Part shown: positions 8,791 through 16,451 of the stretch, in pieces | Layout of the letters: each line of letters begins with the position of its first letter | Numbering within the stretch: position 1 is the stretch's first letter | IMG/VR virus record: IMGVR_UViG_3300009095_000052 | Span: 1-29,873 of that record | From: a virus | Taxonomy: Duplodnaviria; Caudoviricetes | Length of the DNA stretch: 29,873 nucleotides | Direction: 5' to 3' (one strand) | Position numbers and translations under genes: made by a program | Notes under the pieces: generated by a model | Seen by the model: the letters and a program-made list of their open reading frames with translations, nothing else | Database searches by the model: none | What the model was told of the DNA's origin: nothing

Positions 8791-9316
8791 CCTGATGATC
8801 TACATGATCGGCGAGCCGGGATCGGGCAAGTCCACGCTTATGGCCCGGCTGACCGAACCGTGGTCGCGGCACCCCGCCGACGGCCAGCCCCGGCGCGACC
8901 TGCTGCTCGAAGGCGAGACCGTGCGCGGTGTGGAGCTGGGCAAGCGGCGCGCGGGCGGCTTCTCCGGCACCGACGCGCTCGGCTCGTCGGTGATCACCGT
9001 GGCCGAGCGCTGGCTGTACCAGCACGAAGCCCCCATCGTCCTCGGCGAAGGCGCGCGGCTCGGCAATGCGCGCTTCCTCAAGGCGGGCGTCGACGCCGGA
9101 TATCGCGTGACGCTGGTCCTGCTGGAGCACGGTGACTCAGCCCGCTGGCGCGCCGCGCGCTCCGAAGCACTCGGCCGGACGCAGAACGCTGCATGGGTGA
9201 AGGGCCGTGCCACGGCCAGCCGTCGGCTTGCCGACCACCCGCCCGCTGGCGTCGGCGTCCTGCGCGGGCACCCCGACAACCTCTACCCCATCCTCTCCGA
9301 AAGGCTCGGCGCATGA
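8780..9316 (+). CDS. P-loop nucleotide kinase (5-hydroxymethyluracil DNA kinase-like)
   Basis: Walker A GEPGSGKST; FSGTDALG and GEGARL motifs; GAGGAGG RBS. Confidence 0.8.
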   Translation: MADDLMIYMIGEPGSGKSTLMARLTEPWSRHPADGQPRRDLLLEGETVRGVELGKRRAGGFSGTDALGSSVITVAERWLYQHEAPIVLGEGARLGNARFLKAGVDAGYRVTLVLLEHGDSARWRAARSEALGRTQNAAWVKGRATASRRLADHPPAGVGVLRGHPDNLYPILSERLGA

Positions 9317-9921
9317 GCATTCTCCGCAAGCTGGACTACGACGAGCTGGACCGCTACGCCACGCTCGCCAAGGCCGAAGTCGGCCAGATGAAGGCGGCTG
9401 GCGTGCCCGCCGACCAGCTCAAGCCCGAGCGCGAGGTGCTGTCCGAGTTCAGCCTCGCCAAGCGCTGGTCGCTGGAGGCGTACCTCCTGCGCGAGTCCAC
9501 GGCCATCATCGTCGGCTTCAACAAGCGGGGCACCGACCCGTTCGGCCGGTACGCCAACGTCTACGTCGTCCACACCCGGCTCGCCGAACGCGGCAAGGGG
9601 CAGGCCGTGGAGGCGTACCGCGCGGTGATGATGCTGGCTGCGGTCCGGGGCGTGAAACGTATCGTGACGACAGCGGGCAGCTACGGCGGGTGGCGGACCC
9701 ACCGCGCCCTCGGCTTGCCCGCGTGGGGCCTCAACGACAAGGGCCAGATCATCTCCGACGGACCGGTCCACCCGCAGCTGGATGTGCCCGGCCGTCCACC
9801 ACGCGCCACCCAGGATCAGCCGATGACCCCGTACGAGCAGGTGCAGGTGCTCATCGACCCGAACGGTCCGTACCGGGTCAATCCCGCAGACCTCGAAGGC
9901 GATTGGCGGAAGCTCGCATGA
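9313..9921 (+). CDS. GNAT-family acetyltransferase-like protein
   Basis: acetyl-CoA motif A-like VHTRLAERGKGQAVEAY; ATGA overlap. Confidence 0.65.
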   Translation: MSILRKLDYDELDRYATLAKAEVGQMKAAGVPADQLKPEREVLSEFSLAKRWSLEAYLLRESTAIIVGFNKRGTDPFGRYANVYVVHTRLAERGKGQAVEAYRAVMMLAAVRGVKRIVTTAGSYGGWRTHRALGLPAWGLNDKGQIISDGPVHPQLDVPGRPPRATQDQPMTPYEQVQVLIDPNGPYRVNPADLEGDWRKLA

Positions 9922-10700
9922 ACATCCTCATCGTCGGCGCGGGCATCTGCGGCTCGGCGCTGACCATCGCGGCGGTGCGCGCCGGGCACACGGTCACCCT
10001 CGTCAACGACGATCAGCCGATGGATTCGCTCAGCGCGGCGGCCGTCCTGCGCCGCGCCTGGCACGCCGGGTCCGAGCGCGCGCTGTTCAACCGGACCCTG
10101 GACCTGTACGCCGAGTGGGACATCCAGCTGCTCACCGGAGCCGTGGTCACCAGCTACCGTCGCAGCGAGCCCAAGTACGACCCGGACTGGCGGATGATCG
10201 ACCCGGCCGCGCCGTTGGTCACGGCGTCGGTGTCCGGTCACGCCGTCGGCGTCGGCGAAGGCGTGGTGCGCGTCGGCGAGCAGACCTTCCACCCCGACGC
10301 CACCCTGTGGGCCACTGGCCGTTACGGCGGTGAGGTCACCGGCGTGACCTACGGCGTGACCTGGGTCCACGACAACCCCGACGCCGCGCTGATCGACCCG
10401 GCGCACATGCGCGTGCACCACATCGCCCCGTACAAGTCGGTCATGGCCGGTGAGGTCGGCGGCCGGGCGCGCTTCGGCTCCAGCTCGGCCACCAGCAGTG
10501 ACAAGGCGCGGCAGCAGGCCAAGGACATGTACGCGCTCGGTGTCCGCGAGGGCATCATCCGCGACGACTCCGGTTGGTACGCCGTGTCCGGGCAGCGGGT
10601 CAAGACCGCGCCGAACGCCACCCTCGGCGGGATGCACCGGACCGGCTACGCGCTGGCTCCTGCACTGGCCGAGAGGATCATCGCCCGGATAGGGAGGTGA
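9918..10700 (+). CDS. FAD-dependent oxidoreductase (DAO/glycine oxidase-like)
   Basis: N-terminal ILIVGAGICG dinucleotide-binding motif; C-terminal GGMHRTGYALAPALA. Confidence 0.8.
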   Translation: MNILIVGAGICGSALTIAAVRAGHTVTLVNDDQPMDSLSAAAVLRRAWHAGSERALFNRTLDLYAEWDIQLLTGAVVTSYRRSEPKYDPDWRMIDPAAPLVTASVSGHAVGVGEGVVRVGEQTFHPDATLWATGRYGGEVTGVTYGVTWVHDNPDAALIDPAHMRVHHIAPYKSVMAGEVGGRARFGSSSATSSDKARQQAKDMYALGVREGIIRDDSGWYAVSGQRVKTAPNATLGGMHRTGYALAPALAERIIARIGR

Positions 10701-10702
10701 CC

Positions 10703-12286
10703 ATGATCGTCATGGAGCCGCACCAGCTGCTTAGCAAGACGAGCGGCTGGTCGGATGAACAGCGGCGCGAGTTCCTGGATGACCTGCGCCTCAAGGCCGC
10801 GCGCGTGCGCTACCCGACCCCGGCCGCGATGGCCGCCGACCTGCTGCCCGGCTACAACGTCACCCCGGCCGTCGAGCTGATCAGCGAGGTGGTCAAGGAG
10901 GCTGTGCTCACGCCGAACGGCCGCTACATCGTCACCACCCCGCCGCGCACCGGCAAGTCCGAGCTGGTGTCCGTCATCGGCCCGGTGTGGGCCAACGTGC
11001 ACCGGCCCGGCATCGAGGTTATGCTCGCCAGCTACTCCGACACGCTCGCCACCGAGCACAGCCGCAAGTCACGGCGGCTGATCGTGGAGCACGGCGACAA
11101 GCTCGGCGTCCGACTCAACGCAGAGAAGACGGCCGTCGGCCACTGGACCACCAACCACGGCACCGGCCGGGGCGGGATGCTGGCGGGCGGCATCCTGTCC
11201 GGCATGACCGGCTTCGGTGCCGGGCTGCTGATCGTGGACGACATCTTCAAGAACCACCAGGAGGCGGACAGTGCGACGCTGCGCGCCCGCATCCTCAACG
11301 AGTTCCGCGAGACCCTGATGACGCGCCTCTACCCCGGCGCGTCGGTGATCATCGTCATGACCCGCTGGCACCCCGAAGACCTGGCCGGTGTCCTGCTCAC
11401 CGGCGACGAGTGGACCTACATCAACATCCCTGCGCTGAGCGAGCCCGGCATCCCCGACGCGCTCGGCCGACCGCCTGGGGTGTACCTGGAGAGCGCGCTC
11501 GGCTTCACCCCGGCCGACTTCGCTGCCCGGCGCAAGCAGATCGGCGAGCGGGCCTGGTACGCGCTGTACCAGGGCGCTCCGACGCCGCCCGAGGGCGGAC
11601 TGTTCGCGCGCTCGTGGTTCAACGCGCACCGGCTGGAGGTCCAGCCGGTGCGGACCGTGATGCGGATCGTCGCGGTGGACCCGGCCGAGACCGGTGAGCG
11701 CGACGAGGCCGGTGTCGTGGCCGCCGCGCTGCTGCCCGACGGGACGATGGCCCTCACCCATGACCGGTCCGGCCAGATGACCTCGGACGAGTGGGCGCAC
11801 GCGGCGGTGAAGCTCGCGATGGAGACCGGCGCGAGCGAGATCGCGGTGGAAACCTACACGGCGGGCACGACCTACGTGGCCGTGGTGAAGCGGGCCATCG
11901 CGGCTTACCGTGACGCGCTCCGCAAGGACTACGACGGCAGCGATCCCGAGACCAGCGCGGCCATCCGCCGTACCTACGACCTGACCGTGTACCCGTGGCG
12001 CGGCAAGGGCGACGCCGTGGCGCGCTCGGCGCTGTTCCGCCAGGCCGTTGAGGTCGGCACCTGCCGGGTGGTCGCCGATGAGATGGCCGAGATGGAGAAC
12101 CAGGCGGTGCTCTGGCAGGTCGGACAGCACCAGCCCGACCGCGTGGCCGCCAGCGTGATCGCTCACGACCGGCTGCCGTCGCTGGCCGGGCGCAAGACCA
12201 CCCTCGGCTCGCCGCTCCGCAGTGCAAACCGCCCGGCCGGGGCAAACCCCAGCCGGGCGGCGTGGTTGAGCAGGAAGGTCGGCTAG
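10703..12286 (+). CDS. terL: terminase large subunit
   Basis: Walker A PPRTGKS, Walker B LLIVDD, MTRWHPEDL, LYQG.P, nuclease VAVDPA and PDRV; GGGAGG RBS. Confidence 0.92.
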   Translation: MIVMEPHQLLSKTSGWSDEQRREFLDDLRLKAARVRYPTPAAMAADLLPGYNVTPAVELISEVVKEAVLTPNGRYIVTTPPRTGKSELVSVIGPVWANVHRPGIEVMLASYSDTLATEHSRKSRRLIVEHGDKLGVRLNAEKTAVGHWTTNHGTGRGGMLAGGILSGMTGFGAGLLIVDDIFKNHQEADSATLRARILNEFRETLMTRLYPGASVIIVMTRWHPEDLAGVLLTGDEWTYINIPALSEPGIPDALGRPPGVYLESALGFTPADFAARRKQIGERAWYALYQGAPTPPEGGLFARSWFNAHRLEVQPVRTVMRIVAVDPAETGERDEAGVVAAALLPDGTMALTHDRSGQMTSDEWAHAAVKLAMETGASEIAVETYTAGTTYVAVVKRAIAAYRDALRKDYDGSDPETSAAIRRTYDLTVYPWRGKGDAVARSALFRQAVEVGTCRVVADEMAEMENQAVLWQVGQHQPDRVAASVIAHDRLPSLAGRKTTLGSPLRSANRPAGANPSRAAWLSRKVG

Positions 12287-12483
12287 GGCTCGATGCTGGC
12301 GGCGATGTCGCGCAGGATCGCGGCGTGCACGTCGGCGTCGGTGCCGTTCACCTCGTCGCCGAACTCGCCCAGCATGACGGACTCGCCGTTGGACAGCCGC
12401 TCCAGGATGTCCTTCACCTCGGCCAGGAAGCGGCCTGCGGTCGTGGTGACCGGGGTGACCTTGGCAATGACTTCTGCGGACAT
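12283..12483 (-). CDS. hypothetical protein
   Basis: GAGGAG RBS; convergent with terL. Confidence 0.7.
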   Translation of the reverse strand: MSAEVIAKVTPVTTTAGRFLAEVKDILERLSNGESVMLGEFGDEVNGTDADVHAAILRDIAASIEP

Positions 12484-12494
12484 GGTGTTCTCCT

Positions 12495-12710
12495 CTACTG
12501 CTTCACCACGGCGATGCAGGCCGTGGTGCGGTTCTTGGTGTGGGCGAAGTGGTACATGCCGAACAGCTCGTGGCTGAACTCGTAGCCCAGCTCCTCGGCC
12601 TTCTTCACCAGCTCCCCCGCGCGGGCCGGGTCGGTGACCGTCATCACCGGCTCGTCGTGGGGGAACGGCTGGTCGGCGTAGGGGTGCTCCCAGATGGTCA
12701 GCGCGATCAC
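12495..12710 (-). CDS. hypothetical protein
   Basis: GGGAGG RBS; GTGA overlap with the upstream leftward gene. Confidence 0.65.
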   Translation of the reverse strand: MIALTIWEHPYADQPFPHDEPVMTVTDPARAGELVKKAEELGYEFSHELFGMYHFAHTKNRTTACIAVVKQ

Positions 12711-12880
12711 CGGCCGACCTCCCGCAGCGCGACGGTCTGGAACTGCCGGTAGCTCACCTCGGTGTCGTCGCCGACGCCGATGAAGGTGTGACCGTCGTGG
12801 GTGTCCTCGTAGCGCACCACCCGGCCGTCGGCGAGCACGTCGCCGGGCACCAGGTCGGTTGCCGCCTTGATCTGCCTCAT
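12707..12880 (-). CDS. hypothetical protein (57 aa, MRQIKAATDLVPGD...)
   Basis: C-terminal part of track ORF 12707..13519; ATG at 12880 with GAGAGGA RBS and its own promoter. Confidence 0.7.
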   Translation of the reverse strand: MRQIKAATDLVPGDVLADGRVVRYEDTHDGHTFIGVGDDTEVSYRQFQTVALREVGR

Positions 12881-12925
12881 TAGGGGTCCTCTCCCTCGTG
12901 GCAGGGTTCCTTCCCCACCGTAACT

Positions 12926-12964
12926 AAAATAACCGGTGGACGGGTGTTGTGTCAACACCCGTCC
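12926..12964 (-). promoter_or_regulatory. repeated cassette promoter TTGACA-caacacccg..-TATTTT embedded in a 12-bp inverted repeat
   Basis: -35 at 12950-12955, 18-nt spacer, -10 at 12926-12931; IR GGACGGGTGTTG-tgt-CAACACCCGTCC. Confidence 0.8.
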
Positions 12965-12972
12965 GGTCGGTC

Positions 12973-13479
12973 CTACTTCTTGACCTCGATGTGCAGGTCG
13001 AAGGGCGTCAACCTCGCGCGCTCCGGCAGCGACTCGTCGGCCTGCGCCCGGCCCTCCAGGATGAAGCCGGGGCTGCACGGGCACGAGCAGCCCGCCTTCA
13101 CGCTGAACTTGGCCTTGGTCCCGACGCCGGTCAGGTAGCCCGCGCGGACCGCCTCGTCCAGCAGCTCCATCAGCCGCTTGCCGCCGACCTTGGTGGTCGC
13201 CCGGCTCCACGCCTGCCACATCGCGGCCCGTACGTCGTCCTCGGCGGACCGCTCCGGCCCGGCCAGCGGGATCGAGTGGTAGCCCTCCCCGTAGTTGTTC
13301 GCGAACGGCTCCAGCTTCATCAGCTCCGGGGCCAGCGCGTCCAGCGCGCCGTAGACCCGCGTGGCCTTCGTCCAGTAGCCGCGCTCGTCCCGGCCGCGCC
13401 GGACGGCGGTGATGGTCAGGGTCTCGGTCTCGATGACGAACAGGCGGTGCTCGGGCAGGTCGGCGGTGATGACGTTCAT
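12973..13479 (-). CDS. hypothetical protein with GCSCPCSPG motif
   Basis: AAAGGAG RBS; cassette promoter upstream. Confidence 0.8.
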   Translation of the reverse strand: MNVITADLPEHRLFVIETETLTITAVRRGRDERGYWTKATRVYGALDALAPELMKLEPFANNYGEGYHSIPLAGPERSAEDDVRAAMWQAWSRATTKVGGKRLMELLDEAVRAGYLTGVGTKAKFSVKAGCSCPCSPGFILEGRAQADESLPERARLTPFDLHIEVKK

Positions 13480-13498
13480 GGGGCTCCTTTCCCTGGAG

Positions 13499-13568
13499 GA
13501 GCGGGTCCGTCCCGCTCACTGTAACTACAATAACCGCTCGCCGGGTGTTGTATCAACACCCGGCGAGC
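13499..13568 (-). promoter_or_regulatory. cassette promoter plus 5' leader hairpin
   Basis: TTGATA-N18-TATTGT; 15-bp IR 13536-13568; leader hairpin GAGCGGG-ACGGA-CCCGCTC at 13499-13517. Confidence 0.85.
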
Positions 13569-13574
13569 AGGAGG

Positions 13575-13889
13575 TCAGAAGTTCTTCGCGGGCAACTCGG
13601 GGAGGCCCAGTCGCTTCGCCATCGCGTCCGATTCCTTCACCCGGCGAGCGAAGGCGCGGTCGATCTTGGCGTCCATCCGGGCCATCAGGTCCGCGACCAG
13701 CTCGCCGGTCGTGGCGAAGATCGCCAGGCCCAGGGCCTCGATGTCGTCCATCCACTGGTCGAGCGAGGGGTGGTCGCCGTACCAGCGGATGTCGCAGCTC
13801 AGCTCGATGATCTTCCGCTCGGCGGAGGTGACGGTGCGGACCTGGCCGTGGTCGATGTTCAGCTCGGCGATCAGCTTCGTGGTAGCCAT
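13575..13889 (-). CDS. hypothetical protein (104 aa, MATTKLIAEL...)
   Basis: ATG at 13889 with GGAAGGA RBS after the leader hairpin. Confidence 0.75.
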   Translation of the reverse strand: MATTKLIAELNIDHGQVRTVTSAERKIIELSCDIRWYGDHPSLDQWMDDIEALGLAIFATTGELVADLMARMDAKIDRAFARRVKESDAMAKRLGLPELPAKNF

Positions 13890-13909
13890 CTCAGGGTTCC
13901 TTCCCTCGG

Positions 13910-13967
13910 GAGCGGGTCCGTCCCGCTCACTGTAACTACAATAACCGCTCAACGGGTGTTGTGGCAA
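13910..13967 (-). promoter_or_regulatory. cassette promoter plus 5' leader hairpin
   Basis: TTGCCA-caacacccg..(N18)-TATTGT; hairpin GAGCGGG-ACGGA-CCCGCTC at 13910-13928. Confidence 0.85.
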
Positions 13968-14004
13968 GCCCTCGGCAAGATTAATTTTCACCGTGCCGAA
14001 CGGC

Positions 14005-14034
14005 TTGACACAACACCCGTCGCGCGGGCATTCT
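14005..14034 (+). promoter_or_regulatory. rightward copy of the cassette promoter with no downstream ORF
   Basis: TTGACA-caacacccgtcgcgcggg-CATTCT. Confidence 0.65.
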
Positions 14035-14040
14035 AGGTTA

Positions 14041-14140
14041 CGGTGGGGAAGGCTCTGCGCAGCTCAGAGCCCTTCACCGAGTTGCCACCACACCAATCGG
14101 CCCTGCGCGAGCCCGGCCCGTAGACCGGGCTCGCTGTCAT
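14041..14140 (+). ncRNA. candidate ~100-nt structured small RNA
   Basis: follows the 14005 promoter; hairpin 14041-14079, single-stranded C/A-rich linker, 10-bp hairpin 14107-14134; no RBS-led ORF. Confidence 0.4.
14107..14134. terminator. stem-loop between convergent units
   Basis: GCGAGCCCGG-cccgtaga-CCGGGCTCGC. Confidence 0.55.
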
Positions 14141-14144
14141 CCTC

Positions 14145-14468
14145 TCAGTGCGGGAGCAGATCGTGCTCCTTGCCGTGCTCGTTCAGCCGCTGCCGGAGCG
14201 AGCGGTGCGCGTCCACGAACCAGCCCTGGTGCCGCACGGTGCTGGCCGCCATCTCGCTGTCGAGCAGCGCGAGGACCTGCCGGTACGACAGGTTGTCCAC
14301 GTACTCGCCCCGGCCGTCCTCGAACGGCGAGCTCGCGAAACACGCTGGGCACGAGCACCCGCTGTCGGTCCCGACCCGGTACCGCTTGGTGTCGGGGTTG
14401 TACTCCAGCCGGAACAGGTCGAACCCGTAGCTCTCCCCGCGCAGCTCCAGCTCCCCGATGAACTCCAT
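14145..14468 (-). CDS. hypothetical protein with DSGCSCP motif
   Basis: ATG at 14468 with GAGGAG RBS. Confidence 0.75.
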   Translation of the reverse strand: MEFIGELELRGESYGFDLFRLEYNPDTKRYRVGTDSGCSCPACFASSPFEDGRGEYVDNLSYRQVLALLDSEMAASTVRHQGWFVDAHRSLRQRLNEHGKEHDLLPH

Positions 14469-14478
14469 GATGTTCTCC

Positions 14479-14886
14479 TCAGATGTAGTTGCCGTTGCCG
14501 TCGTGCGTCGACAGGTAGTGGGGAGGGCCGCAGCACTCGCAGCCTTCCTCGGCCACGTCCTGGCCGGTGATGTCCTTGAACTCGGCAGCCGCGACACCCT
14601 GCGAGACGCCGTAGCGCTTCGCGCGGGTCGCCAGCTGTCCCATGTAGCGGTACTTGCCGTCCTCGGCCAGCACGGGCTCCACGAAGCCGCGCCCGACGTG
14701 CTGGGAGACCCACTCCACGACCCAGCCCGCCTCCTCCAGCGCGTACCAGTCGGCGTCGGACAACCAGAACGATCCGCCCGAGTTGTTCTCGCTCAGCTGT
14801 ACGTAGGGGCCTTCGTGGACGGCCACGACCTCGCCGACGATTTCGGCGTCGATGACCTCGGGTGCGAGTTCCAGTTCCTTGCCCAT
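14479..14886 (-). CDS. hypothetical protein with NNSGGSFW and GCECCGPPH motifs
   Basis: ATG at 14886 with AAGGAGG RBS after the leader hairpin. Confidence 0.75.
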   Translation of the reverse strand: MGKELELAPEVIDAEIVGEVVAVHEGPYVQLSENNSGGSFWLSDADWYALEEAGWVVEWVSQHVGRGFVEPVLAEDGKYRYMGQLATRAKRYGVSQGVAAAEFKDITGQDVAEEGCECCGPPHYLSTHDGNGNYI

Positions 14887-14909
14887 CGCGGGCCTCCTTC
14901 CAGAGTTCC

Positions 14910-14976
14910 GAGCGGGTCCGTCCCGCTCACGAGATAGATGCGGGCACCGGCCGGGCCGTGTCACCGGCCGGTGCCC
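14910..14976 (-). promoter_or_regulatory. leader hairpin plus 13-bp inverted repeat carrying a degenerate -35
   Basis: hairpin GAGCGGG-ACGGA-CCCGCTC at 14910-14928; IR 14942-14954/14964-14976 with GTGACA at the loop. Confidence 0.65.
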
Positions 14977-15007
14977 TCCGGGGTCCAGCGCTCACGCTGG
15001 TCCGGTC

Positions 15008-15044
15008 GGCCGATCACGAGAGCCGCGAAGTCTCGTGACCGGCC
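15008..15044 (-). terminator. stem-loop downstream of the DUF932 gene
   Basis: GGCCG-a-TCACGAGA...TCTCGTGA-c-CGGCC. Confidence 0.45.
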
Positions 15045-15060
15045 AGGGGATGGTCTGAGA

Positions 15061-16053
15061 TTAGACGGACAGCAGCTCGAACGCGCGCGACTTGATGTCG
15101 GCGAACGGGCCGCGCAGCGCCTTCTCCGGTGCGACGCCGAGCTGGCCCTCGCCACCGCGCACCGGCCACTTGTGGTCCACGTACTCGGTGACCGAGTTGT
15201 AGACGTTGTAGCGGGTGTCGCCGAGCATCCGGTTGGTGTCGCTGTCCATGCCGACCAGCACGCCGGTGACGTGCTCGATGCGGCTGTCGCGCTGGCGCTG
15301 CGTCTTGGCCTCCTCCACGCCGAAGACCGTGTGCAGCAGGCGCTCGGCCTCATCGCGCTCCACCTCGGCCTCGATCATCCGCTTCACCTGCTCCTCGAAG
15401 GCGTTGACGTACTTCCAGGTCAGCTTGAGCGATTCGCGCGCCTCGGCGACGGCATCGGTCGCGCCGCTGGTGTGGCGGATGCTCCAGCTCGACTTCGCCG
15501 ACGCCAGCGCCGCGCTCTGAGTGTTGGCGCAGACGATGCGGACCGGGGTGACGACCAAGCGGAACGCGCCCCAGCCGTCGTGGCTGTTCAGCGCCGAGAT
15601 GTAGAGGTCGGTCTGGTCGGTGCCGCCCGGCACGTCCAGGACCATCGCCTCGGGCAGCTTCATCGTCACGAAGGTCTCGCGACCGCCGCGCAGCGCTCCG
15701 GCCGTCTCGAAGTGCGCGCCGGACTCGTCCACGAGGACGTTCAGCATCTCGGCCGACTCCTCATTCTGGATGACGTGATAGCCCTTGCCGACCACGCCCA
15801 GCGGTTCGACCGCCTGGCTGATCGGGTTGGTCCGCACGGTGGCGAACTTGCCATCCACCGCGACCATGTTGCCGTCGGCGTCGGCGGTGAAGATCGGCTG
15901 CTTGCGCACGTTCCAGTTCGCCAGGTAGCTCTCGGCCATCACCTCGTCCGCCGTCATCAGGTGGCCGACCTGCTGTCCCAGCTGGTGCCAGGCGTCGGTG
16001 CGGGAGTCGGCGAAGAAGGTGGTGTTGTCGGTGCCGTCGAGGTCGTGTGCCAT
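15061..16053 (-). CDS. DUF932 / TIGR03299 phage-plasmid family protein
   Basis: AWHQLG, LGVVGKGYHVIQNEE, FETAGALRGG, NSHDG, TPVRIVCANT, IRHT and YNSVTEYVDH motifs. Confidence 0.85.
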   Translation of the reverse strand: MAHDLDGTDNTTFFADSRTDAWHQLGQQVGHLMTADEVMAESYLANWNVRKQPIFTADADGNMVAVDGKFATVRTNPISQAVEPLGVVGKGYHVIQNEESAEMLNVLVDESGAHFETAGALRGGRETFVTMKLPEAMVLDVPGGTDQTDLYISALNSHDGWGAFRLVVTPVRIVCANTQSAALASAKSSWSIRHTSGATDAVAEARESLKLTWKYVNAFEEQVKRMIEAEVERDEAERLLHTVFGVEEAKTQRQRDSRIEHVTGVLVGMDSDTNRMLGDTRYNVYNSVTEYVDHKWPVRGGEGQLGVAPEKALRGPFADIKSRAFELLSV

Positions 16054-16073
16054 GAGGGCGTCCTTCCGGTCGG

Positions 16074-16132
16074 TCAGCGGGTCCGTCCCGCCGAACAGCA
16101 GCTACGATACGGCGGCTGTTAATCGAGGGCAA
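16074..16132 (-). promoter_or_regulatory. promoter plus variant leader hairpin
   Basis: TTGCCC-N17-TATCGT; hairpin TCGGCGGG-ACGGA-CCCGCTGA with changed but still paired stem. Confidence 0.7.
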
Positions 16133-16189
16133 GTTTTCAGCGTAACTAATCTGAAAAATGTAAGCCTACCTGCGCGTTCGCCTGATCCC

Positions 16190-16220
16190 TTGACACAACA
16201 CCCGTGAAAGCGGGTATTGT
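16190..16220 (+). promoter_or_regulatory. cassette-type promoter, leaderless, for hicA
   Basis: TTGACA-caacacccgtgaaagcggg-TATTGT, ATG 7 nt downstream. Confidence 0.7.
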
Positions 16221-16227
16221 CTGTGAC

Positions 16228-16440
16228 ATGGCGAAACGAAAGATCGACACCCGCAGGCCCGACATCAAGGCGGCCCTGGAGGCTGGCTGGGTATACGTCG
16301 GCAGGACCAGAGGCTGCCACCTACGGTTCGAGCACCCCGGCACGAAGCAGCCGATGATCCTGTCCTCCACCCCGAGCGACTACCGCGCCGCTCGCAACGC
16401 CGTAGCGTGGATCAGGAGGAACACCCCACCGACACCATGA
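16228..16440 (+). CDS. hicA: HicA-like toxin (dsRBD-fold mRNA interferase)
   Basis: ALEAGWVYVGRTRGCHLRFEHPG...STPSD pattern, 70 aa. Confidence 0.7.
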   Translation: MAKRKIDTRRPDIKAALEAGWVYVGRTRGCHLRFEHPGTKQPMILSSTPSDYRAARNAVAWIRRNTPPTP

Positions 16441-16451
16441 GGGAGAACGCG

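Noticed and set aside
13499-13517. ACGGA loop as a CsrA/RsmA binding site
   Set aside because: It matches ANGGA in four copies, but the fifth has ACAGA and CsrA is not a known regulator in mycolic-acid actinomycetes; no support beyond resemblance.
14041-14095. tRNA gene (GGTGG...CCACCA resembles an acceptor stem)
   Set aside because: Too short, with no D arm, no TTC T-loop and no cloverleaf; kept only as a candidate small RNA.
12900-16220. Repeated ~20-60 nt elements as a CRISPR array
   Set aside because: Copies are separated by whole genes at irregular distances, occur on both strands, resolve into promoter and leader elements, and no cas genes are present.
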